A stretch of 64,000 bases of DNA from a virus (Duplodnaviria > Caudoviricetes), in IMG/VR virus record IMGVR_UViG_3300029305_003710, positions 1 through 64,000 of that record; one strand, written 5' to 3'. The position numbers were made by a program, and so were the translations under genes. A model generated the notes under the pieces. That model was not told the origin of the DNA. It worked only from the letters and a program-made list of their open reading frames with translations, and did not search any database. The first letter of the stretch is position 1, and the number at the start of each line of letters is the position of its first letter. Shown piece after piece: positions 44,459 through 53,388 of the stretch.

Positions 44459-44760
44459 ATATCTATTTGTATTCGATTTCCTGCGAAGGTTGTTCTGGCA
44501 ATCACGCCTTGAGCAAAATCCAACAAGCCTGCAAACAACAAGATGTAGATTTCCAAGAACGCCGAACTATCTTCTGGGACAGATGGGAGAAAGAAGCCGA
44601 TGAGATTATGAAACTCAACCCAGGGCTTGAACTTCCTTTCTACTACTTCGAGGAGACTGGAGACACTCTGCCTGGGTCGAGTCTCCTACTCCTAGACACT
44701 ATTGAACGCTGGGTTAAAAAGAACAAGGAGCTGTATGCCAGTCAGAAAAGTCAAACTTAA
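44455..44760 (+). CDS. Thioredoxin/glutaredoxin-like protein
   Basis: YLYSISCEGC, ELPFYY. Confidence 0.55.
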   Translation: MNIYLYSISCEGCSGNHALSKIQQACKQQDVDFQERRTIFWDRWEKEADEIMKLNPGLELPFYYFEETGDTLPGSSLLLLDTIERWVKKNKELYASQKSQT

Positions 44761-44872
44761 AGATGGAACAGTAGGTTATTAGTGGGGAACTACTGGGAAA
44801 ATCTACAAACGTAAAAAGGACGCGGAAAAACAGGGGTTAGCGATATTATTAAGCCAAAGGAAAAAACGTAAA
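44735..44872 (+). pseudogene. Small basic gene with in-frame TAG (44780-44782), in frame with the next ORF
   Basis: SD aaggag; MPVRKVKLKDGTVGY*WGTTGKIYKRKKDAEKQGLAI. Confidence 0.65.
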
Positions 44873-45604
44873 ATGAAAATCTCTAGACAAACTTATAATG
44901 AACTAAAAGAACGACTCAATAAGTTAGAAAAGCTCGTCAACGGCGGTGAGGGAAGTGGAAACTTCGGACACGCAGGGAGACCAGGGGAAAGAGGTGGTTC
45001 TGCTCCAGAAGGGAGTGGGGGAGATATAAAGACTAATCTCCGTGAGGGGTATGGAAGATTTTCGCAGGCTAAACTCGATGAGGATGATTTTTCGCTTCCT
45101 GCGAGAGAAGATAAGGGAAAGATATTAAGTAGAGTTGATGGGGAAGCAGTAAGGGATGTTATTTTCGTAAAAGCAGTAGCATCTCAATTAGGAGAACAAG
45201 AGTGGCGGGGAAAATTAGATGGCATTAAAGACCCGACGACAAAAGAGTATGCTGAGACACAAAGGCAATTAGCAAGAGATATGGTATTTGTTGCCGAGGC
45301 TATTTTGGATGGGGTCACTACAAGCGCGGGGATAGATTATTTGCAGGGAAGTCGTAAAGACGCGGACGCGAAGATGGCTCGATTGTCATTAGATATGAGG
45401 GGATATGATACGGCTTTAACGAAGTTAGGGGAGGCTGTTTATAAAGGAGCGAATGAGCAGCAGTCTAAAATGTTGCGAGAAAATGATAAAGTATTGCAAG
45501 CGTCTTACGATAAATTGGAAAAAGCTTATAGAAAATACACCGATGCGTCGGGGAATGCGGAAAAAGAAGTCGATATCTCTGACTTAATCAAACCCCGTAG
45601 ATAA
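44873..45604 (+). CDS. Head-associated protein with GGEGSGNFGHAGRPG motif
   Basis: NGGEGSGNFGHAGRPGERGGS, a motif I recall from MuF-associated phage proteins. Confidence 0.7.
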   Translation: MKISRQTYNELKERLNKLEKLVNGGEGSGNFGHAGRPGERGGSAPEGSGGDIKTNLREGYGRFSQAKLDEDDFSLPAREDKGKILSRVDGEAVRDVIFVKAVASQLGEQEWRGKLDGIKDPTTKEYAETQRQLARDMVFVAEAILDGVTTSAGIDYLQGSRKDADAKMARLSLDMRGYDTALTKLGEAVYKGANEQQSKMLRENDKVLQASYDKLEKAYRKYTDASGNAEKEVDISDLIKPRR

Positions 45605-45628
45605 TTCCAAGCTGTGTTATAATACACT

Positions 45629-45652
45629 CCTCCCTTCGGGGGAGGTTTTTTA
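45629..45652 (+). terminator. Intrinsic terminator
   Basis: cctccc-ttcg-ggggagg-tttttt. Confidence 0.75.
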
Positions 45653-45728
45653 TATCAGAGGTAAAAACTCCCTATTTGGTAAAATAGAAATAGATATTAT
45701 ACCTTTTTAATGTTAGGCAAAGGATTCA

Positions 45729-48104
45729 ATGAAAACAATAAATAATCATGCCATACGGACGGTTCTAGCGGAGCAAGGCTCTAAATTCCAGAATCGTCAT
45801 CCGTATAAAATTGCGATTGAAGGAGTAGAAGGTGGAGTTGCCTCAAAGTCAGATATTGAGCGTCTTGAGGAGGAGATTCGTCTTCTAGAGGTAGATTTGA
45901 CGTTTAAGGGGGAAGTAGAAACCGAAGCTGATTTGCCGTCGGATGCTACGATTGGAGATGTTTATCTTGTCAATGAGAACGGCTCTCTTTATGTATATAC
46001 AGGAGAGGCTTGGCGACCTATGAGCGAAGGAGGATTCGACCCTCTGTATATTATTTTTCACGAGACAACAACCTCTACGGTGACTAGGGCTGAATTTTTA
46101 GAGGCATATACTGCAAAACGACCAATTATTATTGTAACGAACTACAACTATTGTGGAGCAATTTGGTATCCGACTTACAACCTTAGTACTGTAGTGCCTA
46201 GTGGTGCGTTTTCTTTGAATGTCCCTACTACGGCCGTTACCCAATATTCCCTTGCTACTGGCGTGCGGGGGCCGTTAACAGTTATTCGTGCCCTTAAAAT
46301 GAATATTCCTGCTGAAGATAATGGCTTCTTGACCATTGATGATGTTTATGGAACAGATTTTTATCTTAATGAAATTGATAATCTAGAATCGACTCTGGTT
46401 GACCATCCTCTTTCTGCTAATCAGGGCCGAGTCCTCAACGAAAAGATTGAACAGCGAGTTAAAGAAAATGCAGGCGCTCCAACTGCATCTACTGAAGGCG
46501 TTATAGGCTCTCTTCTAGAGGATACGACGAATGGTGAATTGTATCAGTTGAAGTCAATCGACACCTCTGTCACTCCGAATATATATAATTGGGAAAAGGT
46601 TGGGAGTGGGGGAACACAATCTGATTATGATGTTAACGATTCTTCAGACCCCGCATATATTAAGAATCGTCCTTTTTATGACCTTTCAATAGAGCTTCCT
46701 GAAGCTTTGGGCGGAGGTGAGATTTTTAGTGGCACTCCCTATTGTTTCTTAAGTACTAAAACAGGAGGAAATGCTTTTCCTGAAGGAAGCGATAAATGGA
46801 ACGATGCAATAGTCCAATCTTTAATGAATCAAGGCTATCTTGTTCAGGCTGACTCTGGAGCTAGCCTTACACGAAGTTTTCTTGTTGCGGTTGGTCTTGA
46901 CCCTAATTATTATGGAAGAAGCTCTCTTGTTCTGCTCTTCTCTGACTCTGTAGATTTTTCGGTTATTTCGGGTGGAAGTACGATTTTGATAAATGCTGGC
47001 TCGATAGACGATGTGACATGGAGCTGGAATGAACAAACGCTTACTCTTACAGACGCGGGTAATCACTTTTACGCTAACCTTACAGGAAGCGACAGATATG
47101 GTTCAACTACCAGATTTGAACTTAGCATCTGGCCTCAATTTAAAGTAATTACTATACGTCAAGAGTCTGGCTATATAGGAGAATCAATCCGTTCTTATAG
47201 TTTTGGAGGGACTTTAAATGGAACTCTTAAAACTATTGAGCCTAAATACTTGCCTGATGCTACTTCCTCTAAAAAAGGAGGCGTAACGTTAAGTCAGATT
47301 GGGAATTCTATCGCTACTGGGTCATATCTAAGAAAGTACGAATCTAGCGGTTTAACAGCGATAGATTTAAGAGCTGCTCCTGTTGTTGATTGGAACTCAG
47401 ATAATATAGCCTCCCCTCAGACGATTCTTAACAAACCTTTTGGTTCAATTGCCGCAGGATATACTTATCCTGGCTCAGGAACTCAATCACTTTATTCCTA
47501 CTCTCCTGACTGGCACGTTCTAGAATTTGAGTTTACTTCGACCTCTGATTCTTATGCAGATAAGTTTGGAGTCACGCAAGCCCTTCTGAATACTGCTGGG
47601 GGAACTTTGCACGGCACAGGGTATTGTATCGTCACTGGCACCGATACGTATGCAACATCTTGGAATAATTTTCTTGACGCCGTAGCTGATTTGGTTGACA
47701 GGGGAGGAGCTCCAAGTGTAGCCTTCACATATAGATGTGTTGATATGGAAGGAGAGCCACCCTATACTGGGTCTAAGACCTTTACAGGGATAACTAACAA
47801 TAATGGTATTTACACCGCTCAAGGGGAAGCGACATACTATTCTGATTTTGAAAGGTATTTCATCACGAACTTCTCGTTCTGGAAAGAGACCGTCAATAAC
47901 GCAGAGGTATGGTGTTATCACCTCTCCTTCTCGATTAGCGACCCATGGGGAAGTGTTGGGCCTGAAGTACAAGGTGGTGGGGCTATCACTGCTGTTGCTA
48001 CGACTACCGCGGTGATGACCCAACAGTTAGACGCGAGCTATATCCCATTAGACCCGAACGTCTTTACTATCAACGCTCAAGGCCAGATAACTTTACGCTC
48101 ATAA
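45729..48104 (+). CDS. Fibre / receptor-binding-like virion protein (791 aa)
   Basis: FKGEVETEADLP...GDVYLV module, PLSANQGRVLNEK, DYDVNDSSDPAYIKNRP, LPDATSSKKGGV. Confidence 0.75.
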   Translation: MKTINNHAIRTVLAEQGSKFQNRHPYKIAIEGVEGGVASKSDIERLEEEIRLLEVDLTFKGEVETEADLPSDATIGDVYLVNENGSLYVYTGEAWRPMSEGGFDPLYIIFHETTTSTVTRAEFLEAYTAKRPIIIVTNYNYCGAIWYPTYNLSTVVPSGAFSLNVPTTAVTQYSLATGVRGPLTVIRALKMNIPAEDNGFLTIDDVYGTDFYLNEIDNLESTLVDHPLSANQGRVLNEKIEQRVKENAGAPTASTEGVIGSLLEDTTNGELYQLKSIDTSVTPNIYNWEKVGSGGTQSDYDVNDSSDPAYIKNRPFYDLSIELPEALGGGEIFSGTPYCFLSTKTGGNAFPEGSDKWNDAIVQSLMNQGYLVQADSGASLTRSFLVAVGLDPNYYGRSSLVLLFSDSVDFSVISGGSTILINAGSIDDVTWSWNEQTLTLTDAGNHFYANLTGSDRYGSTTRFELSIWPQFKVITIRQESGYIGESIRSYSFGGTLNGTLKTIEPKYLPDATSSKKGGVTLSQIGNSIATGSYLRKYESSGLTAIDLRAAPVVDWNSDNIASPQTILNKPFGSIAAGYTYPGSGTQSLYSYSPDWHVLEFEFTSTSDSYADKFGVTQALLNTAGGTLHGTGYCIVTGTDTYATSWNNFLDAVADLVDRGGAPSVAFTYRCVDMEGEPPYTGSKTFTGITNNNGIYTAQGEATYYSDFERYFITNFSFWKETVNNAEVWCYHLSFSISDPWGSVGPEVQGGGAITAVATTTAVMTQQLDASYIPLDPNVFTINAQGQITLRS

Positions 48105-48317
48105 ACCCTTGGCTCTATTTGCCCTTTGGAATATAATTATCTATGTTCTGGAGTCGGAAGACCTGCAAATAACCCCTTGCTAAAGCAGGGGGTTATTGGT
48201 ATAATAGAGTCGCATATCCGAACAGATACGCCACCGTAGTATAACTAATAACCCTTCCCAAGCGGAGGGGTTGTTGGTATAATGGAATCACATTGACAAT
48301 TAAAAGAAAGGAAAGTT

Positions 48318-48689
48318 ATGGCAGACAATAAAGCGAAAGCCCTAAAAGACGCCGAAGCCAATTCCAATATTAAAATTAAAGTTTACTATTCTGGTGAAAC
48401 GCCAGCAGAATGTGGCGTGAAGGAATGGGAACACAATCTTGAGCCCATTGGCGGGAAAAACATCCCGTGGCTATTTAAGTACTACCCAGATAAAAATCAA
48501 AAAAGTTGTGCACAGTTCGTTAATTCGTTGGCTGTGTATCGTAGTATTTCAATAGGTCTGGCAGAAATTTTGGACGCTGTTATAGTTAACGTCAAGCAAA
48601 GAGACGCGTTAGCTAGGCTGGTAGACCACTTATTATGGGGAGAACTTGGTAGCGATAATGCCAATGAAGGCGATGGCATTTCTCTGTGA
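48318..48689 (+). CDS. Hypothetical protein
   Basis: SD aaagga; follows TATAAT 48278-48283. Confidence 0.65.
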   Translation: MADNKAKALKDAEANSNIKIKVYYSGETPAECGVKEWEHNLEPIGGKNIPWLFKYYPDKNQKSCAQFVNSLAVYRSISIGLAEILDAVIVNVKQRDALARLVDHLLWGELGSDNANEGDGISL

Positions 48690-48695
48690 TATAAT

Positions 48696-48835
48696 GTGAC
48701 CACAGCTGAGAGGCTAAGTAGGCTGACGTATGACGTCGTAAGGGAAGCTAGACGCTCTAGCCATCCGAAAATAGCCTCGGCCACCGCCACCACTGAACCG
48801 GGAGTTCCTGGTCGGGTTAAGTGTGGTGGTTTTTT
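48696..48835 (+). ncRNA. Candidate small RNA
   Basis: TATAAT 48690-48695; gctag/ctagc hairpin; long accaccac/gtggtggt stem then U run. Confidence 0.45.
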
Positions 48836-48850
48836 GTGCTATAATCGAAC

Positions 48851-48982
48851 CGCGAGGGAGAGCGCCGGCTTCTAGCGTCTGGGTTTCCGAACGGAAGTAA
48901 GGCGAACGAGCTGTTTTCGCCGAGAATCTCCTTTGTCGCTAGCCCCCTCGCGTCCATTTAGCTGCCTTTCTGGGCGGTTTTT
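48851..48982 (+). ncRNA. Candidate multi-stem small RNA plus terminator
   Basis: TATAAT 48840-48845; cgcgaggg/ccctcgcg, ctagcg/cgctag, ttccg/cggaa, ggcgaa/ttcgcc. Confidence 0.6.
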
Positions 48983-49094
48983 TGGTGTAATAAGGACATA
49001 TCGTTTCGAAGATGAAAGCCTAGCTCTAAAGGCCGATTGCTATAATAGGTGTAGATATTATTAATTATTCTTTTTGCAAAGGAAAAAATTTATT

Positions 49095-50522
49095 ATGTAC
49101 GCTAATAGACACCCTTATAGGGTCACGGCAGTAAATAGCGTTTCTAAGACTGCTAATAGACACCCGATTAAGGTTCTTATCGAAGGAGGGGTTGTCACCC
49201 CCGAAGAGTTCGAGGAACTCGAAAAGAAGGTTGACGCTTTAGCGACTGACCTTTCTTACAAAGGCGGAGTGCCGACTTATGATGATTTACCAGCCGACCC
49301 CGAGCAGGGCGATGTTTATACCGTAGAAGACACCGGTGTTCTTTATGTTTGGGACGGGATTCAATGGGTAGCACTCAACGATTCTAAAAAAGCCATAACA
49401 GGTAGTTCTGACCCTACTTCTTCTACCGAAGGGGAACTCGGTCAACTTTACCTCAATACTACGAGCGGAGAGTTGTTCTATTGTTCTGCGACCGGGGGCA
49501 CTTACACCTGGACTTCTCTCGACTCGCCCATCCAGTCTATCTCGGTCAACGGAACTGCGGTTACCCCAGACGCGAATAAAAACGTTAATTTGACGATACC
49601 AGATGGGATTAAAACCCTGACGACGGCGGATTACAACTACCCGATGGATAATCCGACGAGTGTGGCTTGGTGGCTTTTGGACACAGGTATTTATAAAATA
49701 CCGTGTGGTTTGAGAATGACTAAATTCAGTGGACAACCGTCATTTCAACAGACTGACGCAGACGTCGCAATGCTGTGGGTTTTTAATGCTGAAAATAATG
49801 AGACGCAATACTCAAAAAAGTATATATACTCTAGCGGTCGGTATGGCGTGTTTTGTTATGAGGCGAGCACAGATGGCACTCAAGAGTCTTGGCCGCAGTC
49901 CACTGACGACTGGGCTTTATTAACTCAAAAGAATGTTACGAGTTCTTTGAACACAGGCTCTACCACTAAAGGCTATGTTCTTGATGCCCGTCAAGGTAAA
50001 GTCCTTGCTGACCGTATCGGCAATCTCTCAACTCTCACTACTACCGCTAAAACCTCTGCCGTAGCCGCGATAAATGAACTTGATTCAGAACTTGATAACG
50101 CAAAACCTCTCTCCGGCTCTACCGCCCCCACCACTTCTACGGTAGGAACTCTAGGTCAAACCTATGTCGATACCTCTACTGGAGATATTTACTACCTCTC
50201 TGAGATTGATGAAACTACTTCTCCTACGACTTACACTTGGGAGAAGCTATCTGATGCAGCGACGAAGGGCTATGTCGATAACGCTATTATTAACGGCGGC
50301 ACCACTCAACCTACGACCTCTACAGTCGGCGCTGTCGGTACTCAGTATAACTGTGTAAATAATGGTGAGCCAGAAATTTATATCTGTACTGCCGTAGATA
50401 CTTCAACCACTCCAAACACTTATACTTGGAAGAAAGTTGGTCTAACTCTTCAGCTTAGCACTACTGACCCAGGTGAAGGTTCTCCGCTTGCAGACAATAC
50501 ATTACTCGGTATTTACGAATAG
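49095..50522 (+). CDS. Fibre-like virion protein with PTxST-G repeats
   Basis: YKGGVPTYDDLP module; three PTTSTVG...TYTW repeats; VLDARQGKVL; TTAKTSAVAAINEL. Confidence 0.75.
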   Translation: MYANRHPYRVTAVNSVSKTANRHPIKVLIEGGVVTPEEFEELEKKVDALATDLSYKGGVPTYDDLPADPEQGDVYTVEDTGVLYVWDGIQWVALNDSKKAITGSSDPTSSTEGELGQLYLNTTSGELFYCSATGGTYTWTSLDSPIQSISVNGTAVTPDANKNVNLTIPDGIKTLTTADYNYPMDNPTSVAWWLLDTGIYKIPCGLRMTKFSGQPSFQQTDADVAMLWVFNAENNETQYSKKYIYSSGRYGVFCYEASTDGTQESWPQSTDDWALLTQKNVTSSLNTGSTTKGYVLDARQGKVLADRIGNLSTLTTTAKTSAVAAINELDSELDNAKPLSGSTAPTTSTVGTLGQTYVDTSTGDIYYLSEIDETTSPTTYTWEKLSDAATKGYVDNAIINGGTTQPTTSTVGAVGTQYNCVNNGEPEIYICTAVDTSTTPNTYTWKKVGLTLQLSTTDPGEGSPLADNTLLGIYE

Positions 50523-50531
50523 GGGGTCTAA

Positions 50532-52328
50532 ATGGCTAGTGGAACTCTTACTCTAACTACTCAATCTGTTGATTATGGTGGTGGTCGTGGTGGTATGACC
50601 ATGTACAACACTATCAACTGGTCAACCAGTGGCAACACTCTTACTCTCTCCAACGGGGGTAGGAGTGGAGGAGATTATTGGACGCTCTATAATGCATCTG
50701 GTTCAGCTGATTATATGGCTGTTCTCAAAATCCAAGTTAATTATGGCTCTGGTTGGACAACTATTTCTGAACAATCAGCTTATATCGGAACTGTTGCTCA
50801 AGGTGGCTTAAGAATTGGGGCTAAATCAGACGAATTTCTAAATAATTTGGGAAGCTATACTTTGACAGGAAACTGTTCAATTCGAGCTTTGTACTATGCT
50901 ACAAGAGAACCAGCTCCAACTTCTGATTACCCATACGCTTTTCCAAGTGAAAGCTATTCTGAAGCAAGCCAGACACCAGTTGTAGTCGATGTCGTGGTAG
51001 CTCCAGATACACCAACGATTACAAATGTTATTCCTTCCAATCATTCAGTAACGTTTGACTATGGAACAACATCTTTTGGAATTCCATCAACTGGTAATGT
51101 TTGGCTTAGTTGTTTATCACAATATGCTGTAAGTTCTGTGTTTACTATCACAAGCAAAACTACAACGGGTATGTCAACAGAAACGATTACGAAATACTCA
51201 GATGGTTTTCTAAAAAAAGATATAGTAGGAAATACAATCTACTTCCTTGGCGCAACAGCAGATAACGGTTCAGCAACTGCCGCGACATCTCCGATTCAGT
51301 TCGTAACTCTTCCAAATGAAACTGCGGTGAGTATTGTTTCAATAAGCGATACAAGCATCCTTATTCGCTTTACAGCTCCAGCTAATGGTGGAGCCCGAAA
51401 ACAATATTTTGAATATAGTATAGATGGTGGAAAAACTTGGGAAACTTATGCACAATCTTCTTCGACGAAAGAAGTTGGTTGGAATGAAGAAATTTCTAAT
51501 CTGACATCCAATACTGAATATACGATTTTGACAAGAACAAGAACGACAGCTGGCGTTACTCCCGGAGCTACATTAACTGTCACAACATCAACACCGTCAA
51601 ATCCTGTTATTTCTGAATTTGAAGCTAGTAATGGTAGTGTAAGTAGCACTGCTGGTAAGTTTGATTATTCACTTGAAGCATTTTCTGGCTATCCAGTTCC
51701 AGCTACAAAAACCATCACTGCGACAGACTCAAATGGTACGATTGTTTACACAAATGTCGAGACTAAATCTGGCTATTTTGATGAACATATATGGATTTCA
51801 GATAATGTGGTTTACAATGAACAATACTCATTAACTTGTAGAGTAGAAAATTCTACAGGTTATGACGAAGAAACTATAATAGGTTCAACATGCTATGCTC
51901 CTTTAGAAGTTGTATATAATCCATCAACTAAAAAAGTTATTATTACTTGTGACCCAGGAGCAGGCTATTGCGGTATTAAAATTAAGTATAAACTAGACGA
52001 TGGTTCTGCAATAGAATGTATTGCTATTCCTTCTGGCACAACTACATCTCAATCATTTGAGCTTGATGTCTCTCAATTAGCAGGAGGCTCTCACACCCTT
52101 CATTTTGTATATACAAAATATGATTCTTCTGACCCATACGTACCTTTTATCAATGCTCCTGCCTTCACATTCAACATTGGAGTTAGACTTTACGGCTCAA
52201 AGAATACTAATGATTTAGCTGAAAAGCTTATCAAAGTCTATGCTCCAGTTAATGAATTATCAAAATCTCTGAAAGTTTACGGGTCTAAGAATACGAATAA
52301 CTTAGCAAAACTCATCCATGAGAAATAG
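50532..52328 (+). CDS. Fibronectin-III / Ig-like domain virion protein
   Basis: FTAPANGG...YFEYSIDGG...ISNLTSNTEYTILTRT. Confidence 0.75.
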   Translation: MASGTLTLTTQSVDYGGGRGGMTMYNTINWSTSGNTLTLSNGGRSGGDYWTLYNASGSADYMAVLKIQVNYGSGWTTISEQSAYIGTVAQGGLRIGAKSDEFLNNLGSYTLTGNCSIRALYYATREPAPTSDYPYAFPSESYSEASQTPVVVDVVVAPDTPTITNVIPSNHSVTFDYGTTSFGIPSTGNVWLSCLSQYAVSSVFTITSKTTTGMSTETITKYSDGFLKKDIVGNTIYFLGATADNGSATAATSPIQFVTLPNETAVSIVSISDTSILIRFTAPANGGARKQYFEYSIDGGKTWETYAQSSSTKEVGWNEEISNLTSNTEYTILTRTRTTAGVTPGATLTVTTSTPSNPVISEFEASNGSVSSTAGKFDYSLEAFSGYPVPATKTITATDSNGTIVYTNVETKSGYFDEHIWISDNVVYNEQYSLTCRVENSTGYDEETIIGSTCYAPLEVVYNPSTKKVIITCDPGAGYCGIKIKYKLDDGSAIECIAIPSGTTTSQSFELDVSQLAGGSHTLHFVYTKYDSSDPYVPFINAPAFTFNIGVRLYGSKNTNDLAEKLIKVYAPVNELSKSLKVYGSKNTNNLAKLIHEK

Positions 52329-52332
52329 CTCT

Positions 52333-52361
52333 AGCCCTTCCCCAAACGGAGGGGCTTTTTG
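52333..52361 (+). terminator. Intrinsic terminator
   Basis: agccct...aggggcttttt. Confidence 0.7.
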
Positions 52362-52419
52362 TTGGAAACCCCTCATTTTATATAATAGAGATAGAACAAA
52401 TATATCTTAAGGAATTAAA

Positions 52420-52794
52420 GTGTCAGACACAGTATTAACTGCCCTCATCGCTGCGGGCGTTCCTGCTATCGTGACTATCGTGTCGGCAATTCTCCAACAT
52501 CGGTCTAAAAGGTTGACCGAGGCAATGAAAAAGAATTGCGACCACATGGACGAGAGATTTGATGAGTTACGCCGAGAAATGAAGAATGGGCAACAGAAGG
52601 ATGAACAAGCTATTACACGATTAGAGCTGATGATGCTGATGACCCAAGACCCTGAAAATGTTTTAGAGATTGAAAAACTCGCTCGCAAGTATTTTGACCC
52701 CAATGGGCTAAACGGCGACTCGTATATGAGCAAAATATATAGTGATTACGCCAAAGAGTATAATGCCGACCATACTTTTGTAACCCATCTATAA
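52420..52794 (+). CDS. Holin-like / membrane-anchored protein
   Basis: N-terminal TM then coiled coil. Confidence 0.5.
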   Translation: MSDTVLTALIAAGVPAIVTIVSAILQHRSKRLTEAMKKNCDHMDERFDELRREMKNGQQKDEQAITRLELMMLMTQDPENVLEIEKLARKYFDPNGLNGDSYMSKIYSDYAKEYNADHTFVTHL

Positions 52795-52804
52795 AGGAGA
52801 AATT

Positions 52805-53077
52805 ATGACCCCAGAAATCAAACGCTTATTAAAATTATCAAGCATTCCAAACTTTAAGCTATCTGCTAAAGAACAAGCTACTTTAGAGGCTTGGAAGGCT
52901 ACTCAAAAGCCAATCAAGCCCCGCCGAAAAATGCGTTCTGAGCCCTCTAAATCGCGTTCTAAGGCCACTTCAGACCTGGAGACGATAGAAGTATCGTCCG
53001 AAGCAGAAAAAGGCAAAATTGGAAAAATTCAGAACGTTGTCAGGACTGAAGATTTAATTTTGAACTCGGAGTCTTAA
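52805..53077 (+). CDS. Hypothetical protein
   Basis: SD aaggag. Confidence 0.6.
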   Translation: MTPEIKRLLKLSSIPNFKLSAKEQATLEAWKATQKPIKPRRKMRSEPSKSRSKATSDLETIEVSSEAEKGKIGKIQNVVRTEDLILNSES

Positions 53078-53078
53078 T

Positions 53079-53318
53079 ATGGACGACGGGAGGTTATTAT
53101 CTATCAGGTGCCCTGGGCAGATTTACGACAAAAAGAAAAACGAACTAGTTAAGTGTAACCGCTTGTGTGTAAAGGTGTTTCCTGGGTCTTCTGGGGAATC
53201 TGTTTGCCCAAAGTGTAAATTGAAGTTTAGATTTTATGTAGATTCTCAAGCAAGGTCTAATCTGGCTGTCAGAGCAAAGCCTGTTCCACCTCAAGAAAAG
53301 AGCGATTTGCTAAACTAG
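53079..53318 (+). CDS. Com-like zinc-finger protein
   Basis: IRCP...KCNRL...VCPKCK. Confidence 0.6.
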   Translation: MDDGRLLSIRCPGQIYDKKKNELVKCNRLCVKVFPGSSGESVCPKCKLKFRFYVDSQARSNLAVRAKPVPPQEKSDLLN

Positions 53319-53388
53319 AAATAGATACACAGAGCGGATTAACCGCCAGTTGTCAAAAAGAACACTTAAAAATGAGAGGTTCTAAAGA

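Noticed and set aside
45729-52328. Diversity-generating retroelement acting on fibre genes
   Set aside because: No reverse transcriptase in the window and no TR/VR pair differing at adenines; the repeats are old protein-level duplications.
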